From contig JACPHB010000010.1 of the NCBI GenBank assembly GCA_016188835.1, forward strand, positions 1-54,194: DNA of 54,194 bases, in the 5' to 3' direction. Below the pieces are notes generated by a model that did not search any database, had not been told where the DNA came from, and saw only the letters and a program-made list of their open reading frames with translations. The DNA is from Parcubacteria group bacterium (GTDB lineage: Bacteria > Patescibacteriota > Minisyncoccia > UBA10092). Positions 1 to 8,573 of this stretch are shown here, piece after piece. The number at the start of each line of letters is the position of its first letter. Within the stretch, counting starts at the first letter, position 1. The translations under genes and the position numbers were made by a program.

Positions 1-2403
1 AAATTTTTTACTAATCGCATCTTCCACTTCTTGGCGCGGTTTGGCATATTTTTGTCGGCATAATTCTCTTAATTTTTCCGCTTCATCCAAACTGCTGTCC
101 GGAGAATCTTCAGTCATAATGTTAAATGGTGTAGTAGTAGCACCATTAAGTAACAGCTTAACATAGGCATGGCGATTATCAATATTGATAAGATCGGATT
201 CGTTAAATACCGGTTCAAAATATTTAACTAAAAATTTAGCGTCTTCCGGGCCAATTCTAAACGAAGCTATGGAACCGGCATTGCCAAAAACCGAATCCCG
301 AATCTTATCGGTAAGCTGTCCAATAAATTGATGGGCTAAAATAAGGTTAAGGCGATATTTTCTGGCTTCGGCAAGAATAGTTGCTATAGAATCGGTCGTA
401 AAATTTTGAAATTCATCCATATAAAGATAAAAATCCCGCCGCGATTCCTCATTTCGCTCCTGCGCTCTCCTAAAAGCCGCCATTTGGAGTTTGGCGGTTA
501 TAATCAGCCCCAAAAGAGCGCTATTCATTTCTCCGATTCTGCCTTTTGAAAGATTAACAAGTAAAATTTTGCCGTTATTCATTATATCATTAAAATCAAT
601 TCCCGAACGGCTTTGACCAATTATATTTCTCATCATTGAATTTTCAACAAATCTGCCTACTTTACTAACCAAGTATCCGATCATCTCCGATTTGGTTTGC
701 TCCGACATTTTAAGCATTTCTTTTTCCCAAAAATCCCGCACCAAGGGATCGGTAACTTTTATGAGCAGTTGGCGGACAAAAGTTGGATCGGTGAAAATGC
801 GGGGAATATCAACCAAAGTTCCAGGGCTGTCTTCATCAGCCATTAACGTTAACATGGCATTTCTCATGCTGTGTTCAAAAACTGGACCAAGGTGTTCCGC
901 CAGAAAAAGTTTTTGAAAAGTGGCAATCATTTCTTGGATGGCAAAATCTTTTTCAGTCGCGGTGGCAGCTTCCAAAAGATTTAAACCTACCGGCCATTCA
1001 GTATCGGCCGGATCAAACAAAACCACATCGTTGTAGCGAGAGCGCGGAATAAGACCCAAAATCGCTTCAACCAAATCGCCATGGGGATCTATTACGCCAA
1101 TGCCGGCGCCGCTATCAATATCTTGTTTAATAAGATTTCTTAAAAGATAACTTTTTCCGGTGCCGGTTTGTCCGATAATATAAAGGTGGCGCCGTCGGTC
1201 AAGCGGATTTAATTTAATAATTGTTTCTTGATTTCTGAACTGGTTTCGGCCCAGAATCACGCCGGATGCCGGTAAAATCGCCGGCGGCGCGGCGGCCTTG
1301 GCTTTAACAAACCTTACTTTTGGCGTTTCTATTTTAATAATCGGAAAGTGAAAAATACTGGTTAATTCTTCTCCGGAAACCCAGATGCTTTCCGATTTAT
1401 TAAATAATCTGAAAGAAAAATTGTAAATTAAATTTTTTAAAATTCTTTTTTGCGGCCTAAAACTATAAAAAGAATTCAAATCCGGAAATTCAAACTGGGC
1501 AAAAGCGCTTTCAATGTTTGACAGTATTTGCGCCGCTTCTTCATCTGTTTCCGCCGATACCAAAATTCTAATGTTAACTTCAAATAAATTTTGCTTCGCT
1601 TTGTTATCAATGACATTAATAAGATCTTGGGTAAGCGGCGTTAACGTTTTGGGAAGTTCAGCGGATTTGTTGTTATCTTCCGATTTTTTAATGTTAAAAA
1701 ATTCTCTAAAGGCGTCAATAAAAGACAAGGGACTTTCTATTTCGTTAACAGCTTTATCTAAATGCTTACCCTGATACAGGTGTTTTATAACTTTTATGGC
1801 GTCGCTTTTTGATGAATATTTTGTCGGCCTAACTAAAATTTGAAGCGCCACTCCTTCGCCCCTGGCTTTAAGAGATGAAACGGCGTTAGTGATAAGGCCG
1901 AGGGTGCTGGCCTCAAGTTTTTTGTAGGTCTGGAACGGTAAAACATAATTGCGTTTTAATTTAAGCGTTGAGCCGGCGCTTTTTCCGCTTCTATTGAAAA
2001 TATTGTAATCGTTTATTGGTTCAATCTGGGCTTCCGGAAAAAATCCCTGAATTTGCCTTTGCATCGTATTTTGAAATTTTTTTGGAAGAGCAAAATAAAA
2101 GCCAATTTCCTCCCCTTCTTCCGGTACGGCAATTTCAAACACCATATATGGCTTGGGAGAAAAAAAACCGCTTTCTTTTTGTAAAATAGCGTTTAAAGAA
2201 TTGTAAAATTGCTCCATTATCAAAAGCTTTTCTTTTTCCTTATTAATGTCGGTTGATTCTAAAATTTTCGGAAAGCGAATTTCAAACAAAATAAAATTCA
2301 AAGAGCTGAAAATAATTCCTTTTCGCCAAGCCCTGTTAAACAAAAACCAAACAAACAATAAAACAATAGCGATTGCTAGAATAAATATTAGATAATAAAA
2401 CAT
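1..2403 (-). CDS. Fused membrane/N-terminal domain plus VirD4/TraG/TraD-like (type IV coupling protein family) P-loop ATPase. The C-terminus runs off the window; 801 codons are visible.
   Basis: This gene is absent from the ORF track because it has no stop inside the window. My own reverse-strand translation from the ATG at 2403..2401 stays open to base 1 (MFYYLIFILAIAIVLLFVWF...). It has Walker A IIGQTGTGKS (about 1150..1176), Walker B FYLYMDEFQNF, and ARKYRLNLILAHQFIGQL. The first ~390 aa parallel ORF 43567..44814 and the rest parallels ORF 41746..43452. Confidence 0.8.
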   Translation of the reverse strand, partial: MFYYLIFILAIAIVLLFVWFLFNRAWRKGIIFSSLNFILFEIRFPKILESTDINKEKEKLLIMEQFYNSLNAILQKESGFFSPKPYMVFEIAVPEEGEEIGFYFALPKKFQNTMQRQIQGFFPEAQIEPINDYNIFNRSGKSAGSTLKLKRNYVLPFQTYKKLEASTLGLITNAVSSLKARGEGVALQILVRPTKYSSKSDAIKVIKHLYQGKHLDKAVNEIESPLSFIDAFREFFNIKKSEDNNKSAELPKTLTPLTQDLINVIDNKAKQNLFEVNIRILVSAETDEEAAQILSNIESAFAQFEFPDLNSFYSFRPQKRILKNLIYNFSFRLFNKSESIWVSGEELTSIFHFPIIKIETPKVRFVKAKAAAPPAILPASGVILGRNQFRNQETIIKLNPLDRRRHLYIIGQTGTGKSYLLRNLIKQDIDSGAGIGVIDPHGDLVEAILGLIPRSRYNDVVLFDPADTEWPVGLNLLEAATATEKDFAIQEMIATFQKLFLAEHLGPVFEHSMRNAMLTLMADEDSPGTLVDIPRIFTDPTFVRQLLIKVTDPLVRDFWEKEMLKMSEQTKSEMIGYLVSKVGRFVENSMMRNIIGQSRSGIDFNDIMNNGKILLVNLSKGRIGEMNSALLGLIITAKLQMAAFRRAQERNEESRRDFYLYMDEFQNFTTDSIATILAEARKYRLNLILAHQFIGQLTDKIRDSVFGNAGSIASFRIGPEDAKFLVKYFEPVFNESDLINIDNRHAYVKLLLNGATTTPFNIMTEDSPDSSLDEAEKLRELCRQKYAKPRQEVEDAISKKF

Positions 2404-2411
2404 TTAAAGTT

Positions 2412-2621
2412 TTATTTTAATTTACCGGCTTCAACAAGCTTTTGATAAAAACGGTCTATTAAAGCGTCGTGAAAATCGTCTAAAAGATGGGGATCATTTT
2501 TTGCTTTAGCCGCTTGTATGGCTTCGCCTATCCCCTTCTCAAACGCGATTTGAATTAACGCTTCAATCTCTGGCGTATGTTGTTTTTCCTGTTCGGTAAT
2601 CATATAAATATATTTTACCAT
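2412..2621 (-). CDS. Small hypothetical protein directly upstream of the fused ATPase gene. The start is more likely Met7 at 2603.
   Basis: This 69-aa ORF is co-directional with the ATPase gene, and its stop is 8 nt before the ATPase ATG. No motif is recognisable. A TGgTAAAAT -10-like box lies 8 nt upstream of Met7. Confidence 0.45.
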   Translation of the reverse strand: MVKYIYMITEQEKQHTPEIEALIQIAFEKGIGEAIQAAKAKNDPHLLDDFHDALIDRFYQKLVEAGKLK

Positions 2622-2647
2622 AAATAAATTTTTGTTATAATAAGGTT

Positions 2648-4231
2648 ATGCCCAGCAAATATAACACTATCGCTTTAATTTTAATTATCACTATTGCGAT
2701 TTTTTTCAGGTTCTGGCAGTTTAATTCCATCCCACCCGGTTTATATCAAGACGAAGCGATGAATGGCGCCGACGCCTTGAGTTCTTTAGAAAGCGGAAAA
2801 CTTGGCGTTTTTTATACAAATAACAATGGCCGCGAAGGAATGATTGTTTGGTTAGATGCTTTAGCTATTAAAGTTTTTGGAACAGAACCATGGGTGTTAA
2901 GATTATTTCCCGCCCTTGCCGGAGTTTTGGCCGTTTTAGTGTTGTTTTTTCTGGCAAAAGAACTTTTTAGTGTTGAGATTGCCTTGGCTTCAAGCTTTTT
3001 TATGGCAACCAGTTTCTGGGCGGTAAATTTCAGCCGAATCGGTTTTAGAGCCGGACTTATGCTGCCAATCTTAATATGGTCTTTTTACTTCTTATATCGC
3101 GGCTTTAAATTATTGACATCCGATGTCGATAGCGACTATCGACATCGGATGTCAGATTTTATTACTGCTGGAATTTTATTCGGTTTGGGATTTTATACTT
3201 ATATTTCGTATAGATTCGCGCCGATTTTAGTCGCCGCATTTTTCATACCCTATCTTTTAAAACATCACATAAAAAACCTGTGGTTGGGATTTGCGATTTT
3301 CGCGATTACGGCTTTTATTGTCGCTTTACCGATAGGACTTTATTTTATTAATAACTCCGGCGACTTTTTCGGAAGAAGCAGGCAAGTATCTATTTTTTCA
3401 GCAGATAACCCCCTTAAGGCCTCTGTTTTAAGCATTGCGGCAACATTAGGAATGTTTAATATTATCGGAGACCTTAACTCACGGCATAATTTTGCCGGCT
3501 CTCCGCAATTGCTTTTGCCGGTGGGAATTTTATTTATTTTAGGGATTTTGATATGCGCCAAAAGAAGAAATTTGAGCGATAAGTTTTTATTGCTCTGGTT
3601 TTTTATATTTTTACTGCCAAATATTTTATCAACGGAGGGTAATCCCCACGCTTTGCGGGCTTTGGGAGCGATGCCTGCAGCAATGATTTTTGCCGGCATT
3701 GGATTAATTTGGCTTTATCAAAAAGTTAAAGGATATTTTGATAAAAAGATTAAAAATTTAGAACTTGAAGCTTACCGCGGCCAATTATTAAGAATTAAAA
3801 AAGAGGTCTTTATATTGCTATTCATTTTTTTATTGTTCATAAGCTTTTCTGAATTTAACAAATATTTTATTAAATGGGCTTCAAACATCCGCACCGCCGA
3901 TGCCTTTTCGCAAAGCCATGTTAAAATTGCCGACTACTTAAACCTATCGCCGAGAAACGTTAAAAAATATGTTATTTGGCCTGTGGATGATCGGCCAACA
4001 GAAAACGGCTTGCCGGTTTCCGCGCAAACCATATATTTCCTTACTTATGGAAAATCCGATATAAATTATGTGAAGTTCAATGAATCTGATAAAATAAATT
4101 TAGGGGCAAACGGTGCGATAATCGCTACGCTTAACTCCGATTTGGACTTGCTTCACGATTTAAATAAAAAATTTCCGAGCGGGAAAATTGAATTTATTTA
4201 TTTAAACACTCCGATTTTAATAGTTCCATAA
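2648..4231 (+). CDS. Polytopic membrane glycosyltransferase, GT39 / ArnT-PMT-like
   Basis: The 527-aa protein has many hydrophobic segments. The N-terminal loop PPGLYQDEAMNGADA carries the DE motif typical of ArnT/PMT-type lipid-carrier-dependent glycosyltransferases. Confidence 0.8.
   Translation: MPSKYNTIALILIITIAIFFRFWQFNSIPPGLYQDEAMNGADALSSLESGKLGVFYTNNNGREGMIVWLDALAIKVFGTEPWVLRLFPALAGVLAVLVLFFLAKELFSVEIALASSFFMATSFWAVNFSRIGFRAGLMLPILIWSFYFLYRGFKLLTSDVDSDYRHRMSDFITAGILFGLGFYTYISYRFAPILVAAFFIPYLLKHHIKNLWLGFAIFAITAFIVALPIGLYFINNSGDFFGRSRQVSIFSADNPLKASVLSIAATLGMFNIIGDLNSRHNFAGSPQLLLPVGILFILGILICAKRRNLSDKFLLLWFFIFLLPNILSTEGNPHALRALGAMPAAMIFAGIGLIWLYQKVKGYFDKKIKNLELEAYRGQLLRIKKEVFILLFIFLLFISFSEFNKYFIKWASNIRTADAFSQSHVKIADYLNLSPRNVKKYVIWPVDDRPTENGLPVSAQTIYFLTYGKSDINYVKFNESDKINLGANGAIIATLNSDLDLLHDLNKKFPSGKIEFIYLNTPILIVP
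3114..3154. repeat. Perfect 18-bp inverted repeat with a 5-nt loop inside the GT39 coding sequence
   Basis: The sequence is tgacatccgatgtcgata-gcgac-tatcgacatcggatgtca. It is in frame and encodes LTSDVDSDYRHRMSD. Confidence 0.9.
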
Positions 4232-4294
4232 AAAAACTCCCCCGCGCGTTTGCGAAGAAGGTGCTCGCACTCCATAGCTCATTGAGCGAAGGAG

Positions 4295-4370
4295 TGGTGG
4301 GCCCGGAAGGATTTGAACCTCCACAGTTCCGGTTATGAGCCGGGAGCTCTAGCCGTTGAGCTACGGGCCC
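4295..4370 (-). tRNA. tRNA-Met (anticodon CAT), CCA encoded
   Basis: The reverse complement folds by hand as GGGCCCG-TA-GCTC..GAGC-T-CCCGG-CTCATAA-CCGGA-ACTGT-GGAGG-TTCAAAT-CCTTC-CGGGCCC-ACCA. G1:C72 and the lack of the 3 G:C anticodon-stem pairs argue for an elongator Met or tRNA-Ile2 rather than an initiator. Confidence 0.9.
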
Positions 4371-4387
4371 CGCCATGGGAAAGAGAA

Positions 4388-4462
4388 TGGTGCCGCCGGA
4401 GGGACTTGAACCCCCAACTCTCGGCTTAAAAGGCCGCTACGCTGCCATTGCGTCACGGCGGC
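4388..4462 (-). tRNA. tRNA-Lys (anticodon TTT), CCA encoded
   Basis: The reverse complement reads GCCGCCG-TG-ACGC..GCGT-A-GCGGC-CTTTTAA-GCCGA-GAGTT-GGGGG-TTCAAGT-CCCTC-CGGCGGC-ACCA. Confidence 0.9.
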
Positions 4463-4485
4463 ACTAATTCTTGGCTTGTTGTGAA

Positions 4486-4570
4486 TGGTGCCGGCGGTCG
4501 GACTTGAACCGACACGAGCGATGCCCGCTCCGTCTTAAGCGGAGTGCGTCTGCCATTTCGCCACGCCGGC
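4486..4570 (-). tRNA. tRNA-Leu (anticodon TAA), long variable arm, CCA encoded
   Basis: The reverse complement reads GCCGGCG-TG-GCG..CGC-A-CTCCG-CTTAAGA-CGGAG, then a 15-nt variable arm, then TCGGT-TCAAGTC-CGACC..CCGGC-ACCA. Confidence 0.9.
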
Positions 4571-4597
4571 ACCTTAATTACCATTATATAATATAAT

Positions 4598-6451
4598 ATG
4601 AAAAAAGTCAATATCTTAGTATTTTTACTACTTTTAATTTTTGGCGTTCTTGCAGTAACCAGCATGTGGAACGACAGCGCCAATTATGATGAACGGATTC
4701 ACTTGCCGGCCGGATATTCTTACTTAACGCAAAAAGACATGCGCTTAAACCCTGAACATCCGCCGCTGGTAAAAGACATGGCCGCTTTGCCGCTTTTATT
4801 TTTAGATATTAAATTCCCCTTCCAAAGCTGGGGTTGGAATACGCCATTAAATGCCGATCGGTCGCGAACTCCGGCTTGGCAAACAGATGTCGGCTTTGGA
4901 AACGACCTGCTTTATTATTCAGGAAACGACGCGCAAAAAATGATGCGGTATGGAAGAATCCCGATTATTTTGATTGGCATTTTTTTGGGATTTTACATTT
5001 GGCGATTTACTAAAGAATTATGGGGTAACTTAGCCGGCATCATCGCTTTAACTTTTTATTCATTTTCCCCTACCGTTTTGGCGCATACGAGGCTTGTGAC
5101 AACCGACGTTGCCGCCGCCGCCGCGTTTTTTATCAGTTTTTATTATCTTTATCATTGGCTTAAAGCGCCGACACGAAGAAACCTGTGGATTTTCGGTATT
5201 GTTCTTGGTTTAGCGCTTCTAACAAAATTTTCTACTTTTCTCTTGATTCCCATTTTTGGCGCGATTGTTTTAATATGGGCGCTTTTAGAAAATCAGAAAA
5301 AATGGTTTTGGACCGCAAAATATATCGGCGGATTTATTTTCATTTTAATTATTGCTTTTCTTGTTATCGGCGCTATTTATTCTTTTCACACTTGGAATTA
5401 TCCGATTGAAAAACAGGCAATTGACACAAAATTCATTTTATCAACTTTCGGGTTTAAACCGCTGGCTAATTTTAACGTTTGGATTTCTTCGCAACCCTAT
5501 TTAAGAGCTTATGGTCATTATCTTTTGGGATTTTTAATGGTATTGCAGCGTTCTCTAGGAGGCAATACGACTTATTATCTTGGTAATGTCTCGGCGGAAG
5601 GAGCGCGATCGTATTTCCCGGTCGTTTATCTGATTAAAGAGCCGCTCGCTTATATCTTGATGGTTTTATTCGGATTGTTTTTGGCTTTGAAACATTGCCT
5701 AAGCCATTGCCGCCAGCGGCAATTCCGCTATTGGTGGCAAGATTTTGTTGATCTTATAAAAAATAACCCGGCGGAAATGGGAATGATTTTTATAATTTTT
5801 ATTTACTGGGCTTTTTCGGTTCGTTCCCGCCTCAATATCGGCGTGCGCCATATTTTGCCGACAATTCCTTTTATTTACGCTCTGACGGCCAGACAAATCG
5901 CCGCTTGGATTAAAGACGGCGTAACCGAAAGAATACCTAATTATCGAAGGTTCCTGCCTGCCGGCAGGCAAGTTTGGCAGCTTTTGGGATTATATTGGGA
6001 AAGAATAAAACGGTCAGTATTAGTTGTCATGTTTTTCTTCTGGGCGATTTTAACCACGTTATTCATCTATCCTTATTTTCTTACTTATTTCAACGAAATT
6101 GCTGGCGGGCCGGATAACGGCCACGAGTTGGTTGTAGATTCTAATCTTGATTGGGGGCAGGATATTTTGCGATTAGCAGATTTTATAGAAAAAAAGAATA
6201 TCAAAGAAATAAAATTGGATTATTTTTCCGGCGCTCCGGCGCAGTATTATATTAAAACGGCTAAAATTGAATCTTATAATCGCGAAACTCCGCAAAAAGG
6301 ATGGTTAGCAGTTTCGGCTACAATTTACATGGGCGCCTGTAAAGCTGATAAAATCCCCTGCTCTTACAACGAACGCGCTTATGTATGGCTTGATTCTTAT
6401 AAGCCAATGGCCAAAATAGGATATTCTATTTTTGTTTATGATTTAAAATAA
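4598..6451 (+). CDS. Second polytopic membrane glycosyltransferase (GT39/PMT_2-like)
   Basis: The 617-aa protein has an N-terminal motif ANYDERIHLPAGYSYL...NPEHPPLVKDMAALPL and many TM segments. Confidence 0.75.
   Translation: MKKVNILVFLLLLIFGVLAVTSMWNDSANYDERIHLPAGYSYLTQKDMRLNPEHPPLVKDMAALPLLFLDIKFPFQSWGWNTPLNADRSRTPAWQTDVGFGNDLLYYSGNDAQKMMRYGRIPIILIGIFLGFYIWRFTKELWGNLAGIIALTFYSFSPTVLAHTRLVTTDVAAAAAFFISFYYLYHWLKAPTRRNLWIFGIVLGLALLTKFSTFLLIPIFGAIVLIWALLENQKKWFWTAKYIGGFIFILIIAFLVIGAIYSFHTWNYPIEKQAIDTKFILSTFGFKPLANFNVWISSQPYLRAYGHYLLGFLMVLQRSLGGNTTYYLGNVSAEGARSYFPVVYLIKEPLAYILMVLFGLFLALKHCLSHCRQRQFRYWWQDFVDLIKNNPAEMGMIFIIFIYWAFSVRSRLNIGVRHILPTIPFIYALTARQIAAWIKDGVTERIPNYRRFLPAGRQVWQLLGLYWERIKRSVLVVMFFFWAILTTLFIYPYFLTYFNEIAGGPDNGHELVVDSNLDWGQDILRLADFIEKKNIKEIKLDYFSGAPAQYYIKTAKIESYNRETPQKGWLAVSATIYMGACKADKIPCSYNERAYVWLDSYKPMAKIGYSIFVYDLK
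5955..5970. repeat. 16-nt perfect palindrome tgcctgccggcaggca inside the coding sequence (encodes LPAGRQ)
   Basis: Read directly from the sequence. It belongs to the CCTGCC..GGCAGG family also seen at 31239, 31339 and 35936. Confidence 0.85.
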
Positions 6452-6520
6452 AGAGTCCCCGCAGTAATATCTGTCAATTGCACGTTTAGAACCGATCGGT
6501 TGAAAATATGCAATTTAATT

Positions 6521-6548
6521 AAAAATCAGCTTAATAAAGCTGATTTTT
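6521..6548. terminator. Bidirectional hairpin terminator between convergent genes
   Basis: The sequence aaaaatcagctt-aata-aagctgattttt forms a 12-bp perfect stem. A-runs and T-runs flank it on both sides. Confidence 0.65.
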
Positions 6549-6550
6549 AA

Positions 6551-7339
6551 TTATTTTAATTTATAAAAAACGCGGCTCGGGATGCGCAAATCCACATATT
6601 CTAAATTACCGGTGTTTTTTACCGCTTCCTCTAAAATCGACAGTAAATTATTAACTGCCGCCGCCGGCTCCTGCTTTTCATCAAGATAAATTGACCAATT
6701 TTTATTTGTTACGGCTTCCAAATCAACAGAAAAATTTGGTTTTATTTTAAATTCTAAAATTTTAAATTTATTATTTTCTGAAATTTTGGCATTAAAAGCA
6801 AATATAAAATTGATTAAATTATCATCTAAAACTTTATCACCCAATAAAATATTGTTTTTTGACAAATCCTCTATTTTCAATATTAAACTGCCTTCGGTTT
6901 CGGGCGTCTTTGCAAATGCAACGCCGGTTTTATCGAAGTAATAGCAACCAGCGCTATTACACCAAATACCAATCTGAATTCTTTTATGAAAATCTATTGT
7001 AATTGTGTTAAATAATTTTTTTGTGATTGTTATGTCGGTTATAGACGGAAAAGCGGCGGCTAATTCCGATTTTAACCGTGATTTTGATAAAATTAATAAG
7101 TTTTCACCCAATCCGAACGAATTGATATTTGAGATTATACTTAGAATATTATCGCGATTTAAAACGGTATTATCGGAAAAATTTATATTTTGAATTTTTA
7201 AAAAAGATGATAAAAAAATTAACCAAAATACAGTTAGAATAATGGCTAAAAGAAAAAATAAAAAAAATAAAATTTTTATTTTTTTAATTTTTTCTTCTTT
7301 GCTTATTGTTTTGAATCTGTAATAGCGGCTTGATGGCAT
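6551..7339 (-). CDS. ftsQ: Cell division protein FtsQ/DivIB-like (TM + POTRA)
   Basis: The 262-aa protein has one N-terminal TM followed by a POTRA-like segment (KIQNINFSDNTVLNRDNILSII...ITITKKLFNTITIDFHKR). Confidence 0.65.
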   Translation of the reverse strand: MPSSRYYRFKTISKEEKIKKIKILFFLFFLLAIILTVFWLIFLSSFLKIQNINFSDNTVLNRDNILSIISNINSFGLGENLLILSKSRLKSELAAAFPSITDITITKKLFNTITIDFHKRIQIGIWCNSAGCYYFDKTGVAFAKTPETEGSLILKIEDLSKNNILLGDKVLDDNLINFIFAFNAKISENNKFKILEFKIKPNFSVDLEAVTNKNWSIYLDEKQEPAAAVNNLLSILEEAVKNTGNLEYVDLRIPSRVFYKLK

Positions 7340-7365
7340 AAAGTTTAACTTTCAATTTCTAATTT

Positions 7366-8526
7366 TCAAATATAAAAACGCTTAATGAGAGGATTAATTC
7401 TCGTAACAATTTCATAGTTAGTTGTGTCAATTTTCATTGCCATATATTCGGCGGTTATTTTTTCTTTTCCTTGTTTTCCTATTATAACAACTTTATCTCC
7501 AATTTTAACATTTCGAACATTGGAAATATCAACAACAATCATATCCATGTTCACTCGACCAAGAACCTTACATCTCACCCCTTTAATTAAAACTTCGCCG
7601 CAACTTGAAAAGCCGCGGTCAAACCCATGCCAGTATCCGACCGGCACAATCGCCAATCGTGATGATTTTAAAGTTTTTTCCGTGAGATCATAACCGACGT
7701 AGGCGTTTTGTGACGTGTTTTTAATCTCGCCAATTACCGATTTCCATGTTAGTGCCGGTTTTAGTTTTGTGCCTGTTTGAATCTCCAATTCTTTAGTTGG
7801 ATACAGTCCATAAAGGCCAATGCCGATTCTTACCATGTCAAAATATGATTCGGGGTATAGCATAGTGCCGGCTGAAGCGGTAACATGGCAAAGATAATTT
7901 TTCCCGCCCCGAAAGGGCGAGGTCTCGCCTTGGGCGGAAAAACCAAATTTTTTGAATAATTCATCGGCTTTTTTAAAATCTTCTATCTGTTTAAAACTAT
8001 ATGAAGGATAAAGCCGATCTTTTGCGGCTGCAAGATGCGTGTAAATACCTTCGGGAAAAAGTTTAAATTGTTTAAGAAGTTTAATAACCAGCGGTAAATT
8101 TTTAACAAAAAATCCCTGCCGATGCATTCCCGTATCAATTTTTATGTGAATTCTCGGGGGGTTTTTAAGTGCAATTAAATGCTTTAGAGCGTCTAAACTT
8201 GAAATGGTCAAACTGATATTATTTTGAGCGGCTTCTGCCATCCGCGATGGCAAGGTATATCCAAGCACTAAAATGGGCTTTTTAAGCCCCTTTTGACGCA
8301 ATTTCAGCCCCTCGGTAATAGAATCCACGCCGAACCAATCAACCTTATTTTCGGCGATTTTAGCAAAATCAACCAAGCCGTGGCCATAGGCGTTAGATTT
8401 AATTACCGCCATTAATTTTACCTTCGGTTTTATGATTTTCCGGAATTCAGAAATATTGTGAAAAATCGCTTTTTTATCAACCTCAATCCAGGTTCGAAGA
8501 GTGTTTTTTGATTCCATTACTATCAA
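7366..8526 (-). CDS. alr: Alanine racemase
   Basis: The PLP-lysine motif AVIKSNAYGHG is present, and the length (386 aa) fits. Confidence 0.9.
   Translation of the reverse strand: MIVMESKNTLRTWIEVDKKAIFHNISEFRKIIKPKVKLMAVIKSNAYGHGLVDFAKIAENKVDWFGVDSITEGLKLRQKGLKKPILVLGYTLPSRMAEAAQNNISLTISSLDALKHLIALKNPPRIHIKIDTGMHRQGFFVKNLPLVIKLLKQFKLFPEGIYTHLAAAKDRLYPSYSFKQIEDFKKADELFKKFGFSAQGETSPFRGGKNYLCHVTASAGTMLYPESYFDMVRIGIGLYGLYPTKELEIQTGTKLKPALTWKSVIGEIKNTSQNAYVGYDLTEKTLKSSRLAIVPVGYWHGFDRGFSSCGEVLIKGVRCKVLGRVNMDMIVVDISNVRNVKIGDKVVIIGKQGKEKITAEYMAMKIDTTNYEIVTRINPLIKRFYI
7903..7937. repeat. GC-rich nested palindrome inside alr (CCGCC..GGCGAG-gt-CTCGCC..GGCGG)
   Basis: The sequence is cccgccccgaaagggcgaggtctcgccttgggcgg. 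It encodes GETSPFRGG on the coding strand and has the same architecture as 9496..9530. Confidence 0.8.
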
Positions 8527-8573
8527 AATAACATTTTATTGAAAACAAAAAAAGCGCTGAAGATGCTTTTTTA

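Noticed and set aside
3340-3699. Minus-strand ORF of 119 aa inside the GT39 gene
   Set aside because: It is antisense to a clearly coding membrane-protein frame and has no signals of its own.
4194-4683. Track ORFs 4194..4376 (-) and 4453..4683 (-)
   Set aside because: They are translations through the three tRNA genes (4295..4370, 4388..4462, 4486..4570). The cloverleaf folds are unambiguous.
6491-6502. Apparent enrichment of CGATCG-centred palindromes in intergenic DNA
   Set aside because: The sites are aaccgatcggtt at 6491, caacgatcgttg at 19067, cagacgatcgtctg at 25082 and aaccgatcgg at 45063. CGATCG also occurs repeatedly inside genes (for example near 4858, 5607, 16447, 23788, 43367, 47165 and 47206). 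This is roughly what composition predicts, so no enrichment can be claimed without a proper count. The about 27-nt similarity between 6491 and 45063 is too weak to call.
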